The notes: generated from the letters alone by a model not told the origin. 63,074 nucleotides of DNA, filler included, from Octopus bimaculoides (GCF_001194135.2; 5 parts of 5 records of this genome joined end to end with filler, not necessarily neighbours in it); one strand, 5' to 3'; counted from the first letter of the whole stretch, positions 23,087 to 35,267 are shown. Numbers and translations: made by a program.

Positions 23087-23535
23087 AGGCGCAGGTGTGG
23101 CTGTGTGGTAAGAAGCTTGCTTCTCAACCACATGCTTTTGGGTTCAATCCTACTACGTAGCACATTGGGTAAATTTTTTCGACTATAGTCACGGGTTGAC
23201 CAAAGCTTTGTGAGTGGATTTGGTAGACGGAAACTGAAAGAAGCCCATCGTATATATAAATGTGTATGTGTGTGTTTGTGTGTGTGTGTGCATGTATGTG
23301 TGTGTGTGTGTGTGCGTTTGTGTCCATGATTGACTCCCATCACCGTTTGACAACCGGTATTGGTGTGTTTACGTCCCCGTAACTTAGCGGTTCGGGAAAA
23401 AAGAACAATAGAATAACGTACTTGGCTTAAAAAACTAAGAATTTGGGTCGATTCGTTCAGCTAAAACTCTTCAATCGGTGCCCCAGAATGGCCGCAGTCT
23501 AATGACCTGAAGCCAGTAAAAGATAAAGATAAAAG
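23087..23535 (+). mobile_element. SINE family B, full length (head, internal microsatellite, tail)
   Basis: GGCGCAGGTGTGGCTGTGTGGTAAGAAG head, GGTTCAATCC B-box, (TG)n, and tail GGTGTGTTTACGTCCCCGTAACTTAGCGGTTCGG...GGCCGCAGTC...AGTAAAAGATAAAG. Confidence 0.9.
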
Positions 23536-23670
23536 AGCACCCTAGCTTTGTAAATTGAACTGGACAGACGGAAACTGTGTGGGAGTTTGTTGGGATGAGT
23601 GTGGCTCAAATTTAAAAGGTCCAGTCTTGTCATACATCATGTCGCATTGATTCTGCTTGAGTATTACATT

Positions 23671-24135
23671 TTAACCTTTAGCATTCGGATTACGCTGTCA
23701 AATGTAATAATTATCCATTCAAATAGCTTTGAATTAATTATGTATCATCTCATAACTTTGAGATTTCGATGATGTATTGGGTTGGTGCATAATTATTGCG
23801 GCTTTTTTTTCAACAAATTTTATTCAACAAAAACAATAGCAGCATGTAGCAAAAACATCTTTAAATGATTATTTCGGAGCATATTCACCATCTACTTCAA
23901 TTACTGCTTCCCATTTGCTTGACAGACGGTCAGACCGCCATTTAAAGATGTTTTTGTTAAATATTGTTATTGTTTTTGTTGAATAAAATTTGTTGAAAAA
24001 AAGCCGTAATAATTATGCACCAACCCAATAATTGTGTATTTTTATAATGACATTTTTAAGATAAGTGTGAGAAGCCAGGTCTGGCCGGTTTGATCATAAA
24101 ATGTGACATGGCCAGTTTAAGCGCTTATGGATTAA
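23671..24135. mobile_element. piggyBac-like MITE (older copy of 2461-2687) interrupted by a mariner MITE
   Basis: TTAACCTTTAGCATTC start, shared internal words (TTTGAATTAAT, GGCCGGTTTGA, ATGGCCAGTTTAA) and end GGATTAA. Confidence 0.6.
23775..24030. mobile_element. Mariner (Hsmar1/MADE1-like) MITE with about 93-bp inverted arms and TA ends
   Basis: TATTGGGTTGGTGCATAATTATTGCGG...CCGTAATAATTATGCACCAACCCAATA. The core encodes a transposase C-terminus RLSSKWEAVIEVDGEYAPK* on the minus strand. Confidence 0.9.
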
Positions 24136-25084
24136 GGATACACTTATCTATCAAATGATTCTCTTCCCTTTAATCATTCAGCAAAATTTTCTTGTTTTGT
24201 TCTTTCTTTCTTCCTTTCTTTTCATCCATTCCTTCCTTACTTTTACATTCTCTCGCCAACTATAAGACGTAGATGTGGCTATGTACTAATCTTAAATTCA
24301 CTTCGCCACAACATGAGTGGGATTCAGTCTACAGCAGCCTTTGGACGACCGAAACTTTACGAAACTGAAACGGTTTGGAAACCTGACAGAGTTACCGTTC
24401 TTAATTAGTACATTTAATCTGTTTCAAGTTTAACACCACTGCGTAACTATTGGATGTCTTTAGACAGTTGAAAACATCCACACTAGGTTTCCGGCCACAA
24501 AATAACTTCCTGTCGTTCTCCCATCACTTTTGGACTCCCTTCTCTTACTAAGGTACTTAAGAATGAAGAAATGCCTTGCATTGCTTTTTCAAATTCTTTA
24601 TTCCTTTCTTGTCTTTCTTTATAATCTTTTATTCTCTAATTTGTTTCGGTAATTTGACTGGAGCCTTTCGGGTGGTCTAGCGTGAGGAGTGTAGGATATG
24701 TGGACTGTGCAGAACAGCCTCTTTATGTACATGTATTTGCTGTAGTCAAACGTATGCTACGTTTAAGGAAGGCGGCCATTTTTGGCTGCAGCACAGGGCA
24801 GCGGAAAAACATGCACCACCACTGGGCCATACAATCATTTGTACACCTTTAAGTGTTTTAGTCTATGAAATCGACACCAGAATCCATTTCTGAGTCTAGT
24901 ATCTTATCGTTCTCTAATTGCAAAAGCGCTAATTTACTAAATATAAACGAGTTATAGGTCATAAAAAAATGCACCGTGTTTCGAGTAGTGTCAACGTAAA
25001 GACAGACAGAGAGACAAGTACAAACACACACAAGTATATCCACACACACACAGTCACACAGAGGTGCACGCACAAACACATACC

Positions 25085-25230
25085 AAAGAGCTTCCGCACA
25101 GTTTCCGTTAACCAGTCTCACTTACAAAGTATTGGTCAACTGTAGTGACAGCCGAAGATACTTGCATAAAATACTAAGCAGTAGGAGCGAGCTCCAAATC
25201 ACGTGGTTGTGAATCGAACAGCTGAAGTAC
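25085..25230 (-). mobile_element. SINE family B head (decayed)
   Basis: GAGCTTCCGCACAGTTTCCGTT...CTCACTTACAAAGTATTGGTC...ATCACGTGGTTG. Confidence 0.65.
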
Positions 25231-25273
25231 ACAACTATAGACACAAGCATAATTACATACGTACGCGCGCGCA

Positions 25274-25690
25274 TAAGTGCAGGCATGGTTGTGTGGTAAG
25301 AAGTTTGCTTCCCAACCACAATGGTTCCGAATTCAGTCCCACTGCTTGATACCCTGGGCAAGTTCCGTCTGTTACATCCTAGGGCGGACCAAAACTTTGA
25401 GAGTGAATTTGGTAGACAAACTGAAAAAGGCGGCGAGCTGGCAGAAACGTTAGCACGTCGGCCGAAATGCTTAGCGGTATTTCGTCTGCCGTTACGTTCT
25501 GAGTTCAAATTCCGCCGAGGTCGACTTTGCCTTTCATCCTTTCGGGGTCGATAAATTAAGTACCAGTTACGCACTGGGGTCGATATAATCGACTTAATCC
25601 GTTTGTCTGTCCTTGTTTTTCTCCTCTTTGTTTAGCCCCTTGTGGACAATAAAGAAATAAGAAACTAAAAGAAGCCCGTTGTATACGCAC
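25274..25690 (+). mobile_element. SINE family B head with a nested family A SINE
   Basis: B head at 25274-25426 resumes at 25661 (GAAACTAAAAGAAGCCCGT). Confidence 0.85.
25427..25660 (+). mobile_element. SINE family A, tail type 1 (young)
   Basis: Full head, core and tail. Approximate TSD AAACTGAAA/AAACTAAAA. Confidence 0.92.
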
Positions 25691-26319
25691 ACACACACAC
25701 GCACGGATACATATGTGTTGTGATTATAAAGAAATTAAGAGTGGCGAGTTACACGAATGTGAACAAGAAACAATGAACGGTATATTAAATATGATACAAA
25801 ATAAGCTGTTGGTTTATTAAAAACTATCATTGCCATCAGATAAGATGAGAAAAGCTGAATAGCAATTGCAACCGAATGAGAAGGGGAAATAACCCCACAG
25901 TATTCTCCTGAATTAACATACATTCAGATCCAAAGAGGACAGTTGAACCCAGCTCACATTTCTGCTTTATGTCTTCACATTCTCTTTTGCGTTGTCTTTC
26001 ATTTTTCATTCACTTCTCTTATTCTTTATTCTCTACCTTTTTCAGTGTATTTGGTTATTCTTCTCTCCCTTCGTACTTTACATATTTCCTTCCTTCCTTC
26101 CTTCCTTCTATATCTATTATACTAAACTTCTTTCACTCTATTTGGTCTTCTATTTCTCATTCTGTTAATTTTCTTTGTTTATTTGTCTATCTCTCTTTTT
26201 TCTCTTTCTTTTCTTTTCTTTCTGTTTTCTAAACTTATTTTCTTTCATCAAAGTCTTTTACATTCCTTTTTTTCTGGCTTCTTCACTTCTTTCTCTTTTC
26301 CTAGTTTTCATTCCCAGCG

Positions 26320-26357
26320 TTCTTCTTCTTCTTCTTCTTCTTCTTCTTCTTCTTCTT

Positions 26358-26401
<44 letters not shown>

Positions 26402-26412
26402 GCTGCTGCTGC
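26320..26412. repeat. Compound trinucleotide repeat (TCT)n(ACT)n(GCT)n
   Basis: Read directly from the sequence. Confidence 0.95.
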
Positions 26413-26529
26413 CTCTGCTACTTTTCTTCCTTCTAAACTACTTCTTTTATTTTTCCTTAATTTTAATCTTCCTAAATTTTCTTCTTTACTTCAACTTCCT
26501 TATTCTTTTGTTTTTGTTGTTTCCCCACA

Positions 26530-27420
26530 CTCATTATTAATTCACTCATCAATTAATTCACTCATTCATCCTCTCACTTACTCATTCATTCCCTCATTCG
26601 TTCACCCATCTGTTCGCAGACTCATTCACTCCTTCATTCAATCACCAATTCATTTATTCATTCATTCGCGTACTCATTCATTCATTCAGTCATTCACCCT
26701 TTGTTCACTCAATCATTAAATCACTTACTCACTGAATACCTCATCAAGTAACTCACTGGCTCAGTTGTTCACTCGTTCATTTACACGTTCTTTCACTCAT
26801 TCACTCATTCATTCCCTCACAATTCACCTACTCATTTATTTACATGCTCATTCGCCCACTCATTCACCTATCCATTCACTCATTCACTCACTCGTTCATT
26901 CATTCACTCAGCAATTCATTCGATCTTCCATACACTTAATTTCGTCAAAGTTCACACTTATTCTTTGTCTTTCATCTTTTTTCTTTTCCTTTCCCGCATT
27001 CTTTTTTTATCATTTTTTTCTATAAAGTTCCTTCATTCACCCCTCCCCCTTTATTCACTGATTTACACCATCATTCATTCATTCATTCATTTATTTTCTC
27101 GTTCACTTACTGTTTCCTTCTCTCATTCCATTACTCACTCTCTCAATCAGTCATTCATTCACTCACTCATCATTTCACTCATTCACCCATCACCCCTTAT
27201 TCGCTCATTCAATAAATCATTCGCTCATTCTTTTTACTGTTTCATTCAGTCACTCCCTTACTCACCCATTTCATCAATCAATCACTCACTCATCCACTCA
27301 TCCCCCCCCCACTCACTCATCCATTTCCTCATTCACTCCCACAATCACTCATTCACTACTTCATTCATTCACCCACTTTCCTACTCATTCATATACTCTC
27401 TCCATCTCTCTCTCTTTCTC
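26530..27420. repeat. Degenerate (CATT/CACT)n tract of about 0.9 kb
   Basis: Repeated TTCATTCACTCATTCA words within a long pyrimidine-rich + strand region. Confidence 0.85.
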
Positions 27421-28204
27421 TCTCTCTCTCCCTCCCTCTCTCGCCTCCGTCCACTACACTCCGTTACGTATTAAAGTCCACACTCGTTCTTTGTCATTCG
27501 TTCTTTCTTCCCTTTTTTTTTCTTTCTTCTATAAAGCCAGTTTCCGCTTCCTGTTTTCATTCTCAACGCAGACATTACCACCACCTTCACAGTCACCTAT
27601 CCACCCCCGCCTTACACCGCTGACTAACATTTAACGCCACCACCACAACTTCCCCCTCCATCACTACCAAGACCCTCATCATCCACCCCAAACCACAACT
27701 TCAACAAAACCTAATGTTACTTCCTTTACAGCTTACCCCTGTCCCACTACCACCGTCGCACCCATCACCANNNNNNNNNNNNNNNNNNNNNNNNNNNNNN
27801 NNNNNNNNNNNNNNNNNNNNNNNNNNNNNNNNNNNNNNNNNNNNNNNNNNNNNNNNNNNNNNNNNNNNNNNNNNNNNNNNNNNNNNNNNNNNNNNNNNNN
27901 NNNNNNNNNNNNNNNNNNNNNNNNNNNNNNNNNNNNNNNNNNNNNNNNNNNNNNNNNNNNNNNNNNNNNNNNNNNNNNNNNNNNNNNNNNNNNNNNNNNN
28001 NNNNNNNNNNNNNNNNNNNNNNNNNNNNNNNNNNNNNNNNNNNNNNNNNNNNNNNNNNNNNNNNNNNNNNNNNNNNNNNNNNNNNNNNNNNNNNNNNNNN
28101 NNNNNNNNNNNNNNNNNNNNNNNNNNNNNNNNNNCACCACCACCACCACCACCACCACCATTGTATTCAACACCAAATAGCTTCCTTCCCGACGACAACG
28201 ACAC

Positions 28205-28385
28205 CCAGGGAAGCCTCCATGTGGTCCCTTGACCTGCTAGGAATAGCAGCCCAAATTAAAATCATAATCTCTTCTTTAAATTATAAAAATTACAAGATGG
28301 AAGGGCACATTGTATACACAGTTCCTGAAAACAAGACGGGATGGTCATAATTGGAAAGTCTTTGATCATAGGTCTACTCAGACTT
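28205..28385 (-). mobile_element. Unclassified interspersed repeat (family E)
   Basis: Shares ATTTGGCTGCTATTTCTAGCAGG-like and TTTGATCATAGGTCTACTC words with about 6015-6050, 6940-6990, 13335-13430, 59990-60030 and 61722-61760. Confidence 0.5.
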
Positions 28386-28444
28386 CAACACTAGACTTAG
28401 ATGAACAATGCTTAGATGAACACACACACACACACATACACATA

Positions 28445-28800
28445 TGACGGGTTTCTCTCAAGCTCAGTGCTATATTAGAAGACGGTTGCCCATGATGCAA
28501 GGCAGTGGGACTGACCCCGGAACCATGTGGTTTGTAAGCAAACTTCTTACCACACAGTCACGTCTGTGCCTACATGTGTGTATGTGTGTGTGCGTGTGTG
28601 TGTGCGTGCGCATACGAAGTGCTTCCACGCAGTTTTCATCCAGTAAATCTACTAAATCCACTCCCAGAGCATTGGACTTCGGGGGGGGGGGGGCTATAAT
28701 AGAAGATGTTTGCTCAAGATGCAGCGCAGCGGAATTGAACCTAAAACCACGTGGTTGCAAAGAGAGCTTCTTTAACCACAAAATCGTGTCAGCGCCCATA
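28445..28800 (-). mobile_element. Two tandem SINE family B heads
   Basis: Copies at 28445-28570 and 28615-28800, separated by (TG)n. Confidence 0.75.
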
Positions 28801-28914
28801 ATGCTTATCATTATTTTTACATTCCATATACAGTTTTCTTAATCAACCGTAGACAGCTCTCAATGTATAAACCTCTCGATTAGACGAATTAAGATGAACC
28901 TTGTCTGGTTCATG

Positions 28915-29086
28915 TTTTTCTAGATCAACCGGTATGCCGCGGCACACTGGTGTGCCACGAGACGATGCTTGGTGTGCCGAAGTGTAACCTGAATATAATT
29001 TTTTCCCTATACTAAAAGTATTTTACATTTTTAGTTCAGGTGTAACGCCAAGTGTAACTCAAGTGAAAAAAGATTACGGAGCATTG
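28915..29086. mobile_element. Probable hAT/Charlie-type MITE
   Basis: TCAACCGGTATGCCGCGGCACACTGGTGTGCC start and AAAAAAGATTACGGAGCATTG end resemble decayed Charlie-like termini. Confidence 0.45.
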
Positions 29087-29596
29087 ACCTAGATATCTTA
29101 TAAATCGCTCGTCGGTATTTCTCTGTCTTTTGGTGCCGAAGTGGAAGTCGTTAGCGTGTCAGATTTGTTCTAGCAGTCGAAGCTCTGAATTCACATCGCA
29201 CATGCTATGTGTGTTTGCCAGTAAGCTGCGATATGGCGTGGTGGAGATTATTCCCTCAAAAAGTCGGATGTTAAAACACGTGGAAGTCATGGACAAGCGA
29301 GACAACTCGCCCCAAATCCAATTCAGGCGTGATGGACATCGATGTCTCACCATTTTTTTGTCTCAACATAAGATGGCATATACTTTAGCCTCACACATCC
29401 TGTCTGTTATTGAAAACAAAGTTCGCATCGCAATATATAGATAAAAAAGATATTTACCTGTATTTGGAAGATAATACATGGAATTCATTATACAAAGCGT
29501 GGTTCAATCGCAAATCAACAATGGAGGCATATTAAATTGAAATATGTAGATGACATCTTTCCATTGAATCTGTGTTTCAGCAGGGGGTTTCCTTAC

Positions 29597-29723
29597 CTCA
29601 CCAGAAAGATTCCAAAGTATGACTGAATTTATGCCCCAAATGTATCGACTTTCTTTCGGAAATGCGATAATTTTCTTCATGATTGCACTGACACGATAGC
29701 ATGTCTCCCAAGCAAAACGCGTA
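29597..29723 (-). CDS. Candidate exon, unknown product (TRFAWETCYRVSAIMKKIIAFPKESRYIWGINSVILWNLSGE)
   Basis: Strong acceptor CTGCTTTTTACTCTAG, strong donor GAG|GTAAGG, 127 nt, one open frame. No homology recognised. Confidence 0.35.
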
Positions 29724-29840
29724 CTAGAGTAAAAAGCAGGCCCAAAACACACACACACACACAAATATATATGCATATAAGTATACACAGAGACACATAA
29801 ATGATATACATGCAAGTTTACATGAGTGTACATGTATGTA

Positions 29841-29875
<35 letters not shown>

Positions 29876-30333
29876 NNNNNNNNNNNNNNNNNNNNNNNNN
29901 NNNNNNNNNNNNNNNNNNNNNNNNNNNNNNNNNNNNNNNNNNNNNNNNNNNNNNNNNNNNNNNNNNNNNNNNNNNNNNNNNNNNNNNNNNNNNNNNNNNN
30001 NNNNNNNNNNNNNNNNNNNNNNNNNNNNNNNNNNNNNNNNNNNNNNNNNNNNNNNNNNNNNNNNNNNNNNNNNNNNNNNNNNNNNNNNNNNNNNNNNNNN
30101 NNNNNNNNNNNNNNNNNNNNNNNNNNNNNNNNNNNNNNNNNNNNNNNNNNNNNNNNNNNNNNNNNNNNNNNNNNNNNNNNNNNNNNNNNNNNNNNCTGTA
30201 CTCTGGTTATTATTATTTTTTTGTCTACGTTTTGTTTGCAATGTCCTGTACCCAGATATGCACCTATATATACAGGTAGACGTAGGTATGCACATACATG
30301 TACGTATATATGCATATACTCATTTATTATTTG

Positions 30334-30389
<56 letters not shown>

Positions 30390-30581
30390 TATATATACGT
30401 TTATGTATATGAGCAATGACTTTCTCACTGGTAATACCTTCCCTGTATATTACAAAAATATAATTCTCTTTTCCCAAATAAATTGCATTTCAAATTCGAG
30501 GCTCCGATGAAGCTATAGGATGTTATTCAGGCACTCAACTAAGAGTCCACTCTATCTCATAGCAGAAACAGCTGTATGCTG

Positions 30582-30819
30582 TTTCTTATTTCTTTACTGC
30601 CTACAAGGGGCTACACACAGAGGGGACAAACAAGAACAGACAAACGGATTAGGTCGATTATATCGATCCCAGTGCGTAACTGGTACTTATTTAATCGACC
30701 CCGAAAGGATGAAAGGCAAAGTCGACCTCGACGGAATTTGAACTCAGAACGTTACGGCAGACGAAATACCGCTAAGCATTTCGCCCAGCGTGCTAACGTT
30801 TCTGCCAGCTCGCCGCTTT
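30582..30819 (-). mobile_element. SINE family A, tail type 1
   Basis: Near-identical to the 860-1094 copy. Confidence 0.92.
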
Positions 30820-31664
30820 AAGCTGTAAACTGTTTCTGTTTGNNNNNNNNNNNNNNNNNNNNNNNNNNNNNNNNNNNNNNNNNNNNNNNNNNNNNNNNNN
30901 NNNNNNNNNNNNNNNNNNNNNNNNNNNNNNNNNNNNNNNNNNNNNNNNNNNNNNNNNNNNNNNNNNNNNNNNNNNNNNNNNNNNNNNNNNNNNNNNNNNN
31001 NNNNNNNNNNNNNNNNNNNNNNNNNNNNNNNNNNNNNNNNNNNNNNNNNNNNNNNNNNNNNNNNNNNNNNNNNNNNNNNNNNNNNNNNNNNNNNNNNNNN
31101 NNNNNNNNNNNNNNNNNNNNNNNNNNNNNNNNNNNNNNNNNNNNNNNNNNNNNNNNNNNNNNNNNNNNNNNNNNNNNNNNNNNNNNNNNNNNNNNNNNNN
31201 NNNNNNNNNNNNNNNNNNNNNNNNNNNNNNNNNNNNNNNNNNNNNNNNNNNNNNNNNNNNNNNNNNNNNNNNNNNNNNNNNNNNNNNNNNNNNNNNNNNN
31301 NNNNNNNNNNNNNNNNNNNNNNNNNNNNNNNNNNNNNNNNNNNNNNNNNNNNNNNNNNNNNNNNNNNNNNNNNNNNNNNNNNNNNNNNNNNNNNNNNNNN
31401 NNNNNNNNNNNNNNNNNNNNNNNNNNNNNNNNNNNNNNNNNNNNNNNNNNNNNNNNNNNNNNNNNNNNNNNNNNNNNNNNNNNNNNNNNNNNNNNNNNNN
31501 NNNNNNNNNNNNNNNNNNNNNNNNNNNNNNNNNNNNNNNNNNNNNNNNNNNNNNNNNNNNNNNNNNNNNNNNNAGACAAAAAAATAATAATAACCAGAGT
31601 ACAGAACACACACAGGCCACATAGAGAACATTTTCCTTCATCAGCTACCCTCATTTTAACACAG

Positions 31665-32560
31665 GCGTTTCGAAGAGTAGGGCAGGACGCATCATTAAAA
31701 TGGCTCTTCCCATGGATCACAAATTAAATTTTTTTTTTTTTTGGCGTTTCCCTATCTCTAGAACAGCTTGATGTATTGGTGAGCAGTCAACAGCGTTGGA
31801 GAACACAAAGATAAAGCTGTCGTTGAGAAAAGGTTAGCTAACATGGAGGACTGGAAGCAATCTGAATATTGGCAAAGTGTTACCGGTGTCACACTGGGTA
31901 TCAAGATGCCGACATCATGACTGTTGCTCAATGTTATTTGAACATTGTAAAAACTGTAAGACCTGACATGGACAGCTGAAAAGGAGACTAAAAAGACATG
32001 GTCTACAAGATGGCACCCAGCAAGCGTCTTGATTGTGTCCCCACGCCGGAATTCATTCAACAAGTGATGAACAGGGTCTTAGGCACTATTCAGACGGTTA
32101 TGTGTAGCTGCTGGAAAGAGTGGTCAAACCCTGGCTGGAGAGGGTTGCTGCTGGAAGGCCATATGCGTGGCAACAGGATTCAGTTCCTGGTCATAATTCT
32201 GAAAAGAGTCAGAAGTGGTTGTCGGAGAATTTCTACGACCTCACCAGCCGCAATTTCTGGCCTTCAAATTCCTTCAATTGTAATCCCAAGGATGTTTATG
32301 TGTGGAGTGCAGTTGAGAAACACACCAACCGCTCTGCCTGCAACACCAAAGCCAAGCTGGTAACCATGATCAAGGAGGTGTTCGAAGATCTTCCCAGTGA
32401 CACAAGTAAGGAAAGCATGTACCAGGTCCCGGAACCGTCTTGAGGCCGTGGTAGTTTAGGGCGACTACTTTGAATAAACTGTTGTTTTCCAGCCATAATG
32501 TAGTTGATATTTTTTTAAATTTTTCAACATACTTTTATTTTTGGATGGGATGTTGTGTTC
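31665..32560 (+). mobile_element. Internally deleted Tc1/mariner-superfamily (maT/DD37D-like) transposon
   Basis: ORF 32120-32443: WQQDSVPGHNS...WPSNSFNCNPKDVYVWSAV (decayed QQD.AP.H and WPPNSPDLNP.DY motifs). C-terminus LEAVV..GDYFE* at about 32440-32478. Confidence 0.8.
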
Positions 32561-32826
32561 TTTTTCCCTTATATGCAAACGGCCAAATTTAGNNNNNNNN
32601 NNNNNNNNNNNNNNNNNNNNNNNNNNNNNNNNNNNNNNNNNNNNNNNNNNNNNNNNNNNNNNNNNNNNNNNNNNNNNNNNNNNNNNNNNNNNNNNNNNNN
32701 NNNNNNNNNNNNNNNNNNNNNNNNNNNNNNNNNNNNNNNNNNNNNNNNNNNNNNNNNNNNNNNNNNNNNNNNNNNNNNNNNNNNNNNNNNNNNNNNNNNN
32801 NNNNNNNNNNNNNNNNNNNNNTATAT

Positions 32827-33060
32827 AAGGCGGCGAGCTGGCAGAAACGTTAGCACGCTGGGCGAAATCCTTAGCGGTATTTCGTCTGCCGCTACGTTCT
32901 GAGTTCAAATTCCGCTGAGGTCTACTTTGCCTTTCATCCTTTCGGGGTCGATTAAATAAGTACCAGTTACGCACTGGGGTCAATATAATCGACTTAATCC
33001 GTTTGTCTGTCCTTGTTTGTTCCCTCTGTGTGTAGCCCCTTGTGGGCAGTAAAGAAATAA
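32827..33060 (+). mobile_element. SINE family A, tail type 1
   Basis: Full head, core and tail ending GGGCAGTAAAGAAATAA. Confidence 0.92.
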
Positions 33061-33084
33061 CATACTTACATATTATATCTATGT

Positions 33085-33250
33085 GCGACGATTTCCACAG
33101 TTTCCGTCTTCTGAATTCGCTCAAAATGGCATTGGTCGACCCGGAAGTTTAGTAGAAGACATTTGCGCCAACTGCCTCGTAGTGGGGCAGAACCTGAAAC
33201 CATTTGGTTGCTAAGCAAGCTTCATAACCATACAGCTGTACCTGTGCCAT
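33085..33250 (-). mobile_element. SINE family B head
   Basis: Reverse complement of the B head (CAGTTTCCGTCT...TTGGTCGACCCGG...AAGCTTCATAACCATACAGC). Confidence 0.7.
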
Positions 33251-33711
33251 GATTCTAGATAAATTTAAACCCCGTTTTTAATGTTAACTTCAGCCATTCG
33301 AGCACTTCGGTAACGTTTTTTAATGAATAAATCGGATGTATACGTTCATGATAGTTTTTTATACTTCCATCTGTTACCAGTTTCTACATCACTGTACATA
33401 AAGAGTAAAATTCTCGTACGACAATCTTGAAGCTTCTGCTACTGACAGTATCACACGTCCATATGATACTATAATGTCTAACTGCAAGGAGCGCGATTAT
33501 ATCCAAGAAAGATGTGGAATATATGATTTTATCTTAACGTTTAGGTTGTATTTTTTCCTGCATCTCTTCGTTATAGCTGTAGTTTTATATCGTATTACAG
33601 CCCGAAACCTGGTTTTCTCTTTCTTCATTTTGGCTTCTTATTGAGCTCTCTGCTAATCGCTTTATACGAAAGAAATATTTTCGTTACAATTGCTATGTAT
33701 TTATTCCAATA

Positions 33712-33759
<48 letters not shown>

Positions 33760-34475
33760 CAATGTTAAATCTCTGAACGAGGTGTTAACAGTAACTGCAC
33801 GATAAAGTGAAGTATATTTGCCATTTAAATGTGGCTGACCCCTAAGGGTGGATGTTACTATATATATGTATATGTATATGAGATAGATAGATAGATAGAT
33901 AGATAGATGGATAGAAACATTGATAGATGGTTGGAAGGATAGACAGATGTATAGCATATACGTATATATTGACNNNNNNNNNNNNNNNNNNNNNNNNNNN
34001 NNNNNNNNNNNNNNNNNNNNNNNNNNNNNNNNNNNNNNNNNNNNNNNNNNNNNNNNNNNNNNNNNNNNNNNNNNNNNNNNNNNNNNNNNNNNNNNNNNNN
34101 NNNNNNNNNNNNNNNNNNNNNNNNNNNNNNNNNNNNNNNNNNNNNNNNNNNNNNNNNNNNNNNNNNNNNNNNNNNNNNNNNNNNNNNNNNNNNNNNNNNN
34201 NNNNNNNNNNNNNNNNNNNNNNNNNNNNNNNNNNNNNNNNNNNNNNNNNNNNNNNNNNNNNNNNNNNNNNNNNNNNNNNNNNNNNNNNNNNNNNNNNNNN
34301 NNNNNNNNNNNNNNNNNNNNNNNNNNNNNNNNNNNNNNNNNNNNNNNNNNNNNNNNNNNNNNNNNNNNNNNNNNNNNNNNNNNNNNNNNNNNNNNNNNNN
34401 NNNNNNNNNNNNNNNNNNNNNNNNNNNNNNNNNNNNNNNNNNNNNNNNNNNNNNNNNNNNNNNNNNNNNNNNNNN

Positions 34476-34531
<56 letters not shown>

Positions 34532-34789
34532 AAAATGTTGGCGGTAGAACGGAGGTGGCGGTGAGGTAAAGGAAAATAGAATGACAGTGTGTTAAAGAGA
34601 GAAAAGGAAAGACAGTATGCTTGTGTGGCATAATAAATGCATGTGGAATCGTTTGTGTGTACATGTATGTTTAAAATGTGTATATGTGTATATAGAGTGA
34701 ACCTGAAGGGGAGAGATGAAGAGAGAAACGATGCCGAAAACACAGAGAGAGAGATAGATAGATAGATACGAAAACACAGAGAGAGAGAG

Positions 34790-34820
<31 letters not shown>

Positions 34821-35267
34821 GGGGGAGTGTGAAGGGAGCATCAACAGACAGAGGGAGATATAGATATGTAGAAACTGACGGGAAAAGGAAAATAAGAAAG
34901 AATGTGTGTGAGAGAGAGGTGGAAATAAAGCAAACAAAAGGAATCGGAGGGAATGTAAGGAAAGGAATTCTAGAGAGCAAGGGGAGAGTTAGAAATACAG
35001 AGAGGATAAAGAGAGGAAGATACGAAAGAGTGTATGAGACAGAGAGTATGAGGGTGAGAGGGAGAGGGAGAGAGATTGCAGGGGCTGCTTGCTCTAGAAA
35101 GGATTAAAAAAATGTGTTAAGAAATGGATAGTAAAGAAAGAAATTGGAAGAGGAATATGAAGAGATTGGAAAACAAAGGAGAGATGGAAGAAACAAAGAG
35201 AAACAGAGAGAAGAAGCGATAAGAGAAGAGAGGAGATTGTTAAGAAACAGATATAGACGCAGACAGA

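Noticed and set aside
29159-29353. ELSRLSMTS...ISTT...LL as an FBXO47-like F-box
   Set aside because: The resemblance is short and from memory, there is no good acceptor, and the neighbouring candidate exon would be in the wrong order.
30196-31604. 31-bp inverted repeats as transposon TIRs
   Set aside because: Both copies start exactly at gap edges and are k-mer sized, so an assembly overlap is the better explanation.
33400-33645. Open frame of about 80 codons with a hydrophobic end
   Set aside because: There are no convincing splice sites or homology, and T-rich DNA yields hydrophobic ORFs by chance.
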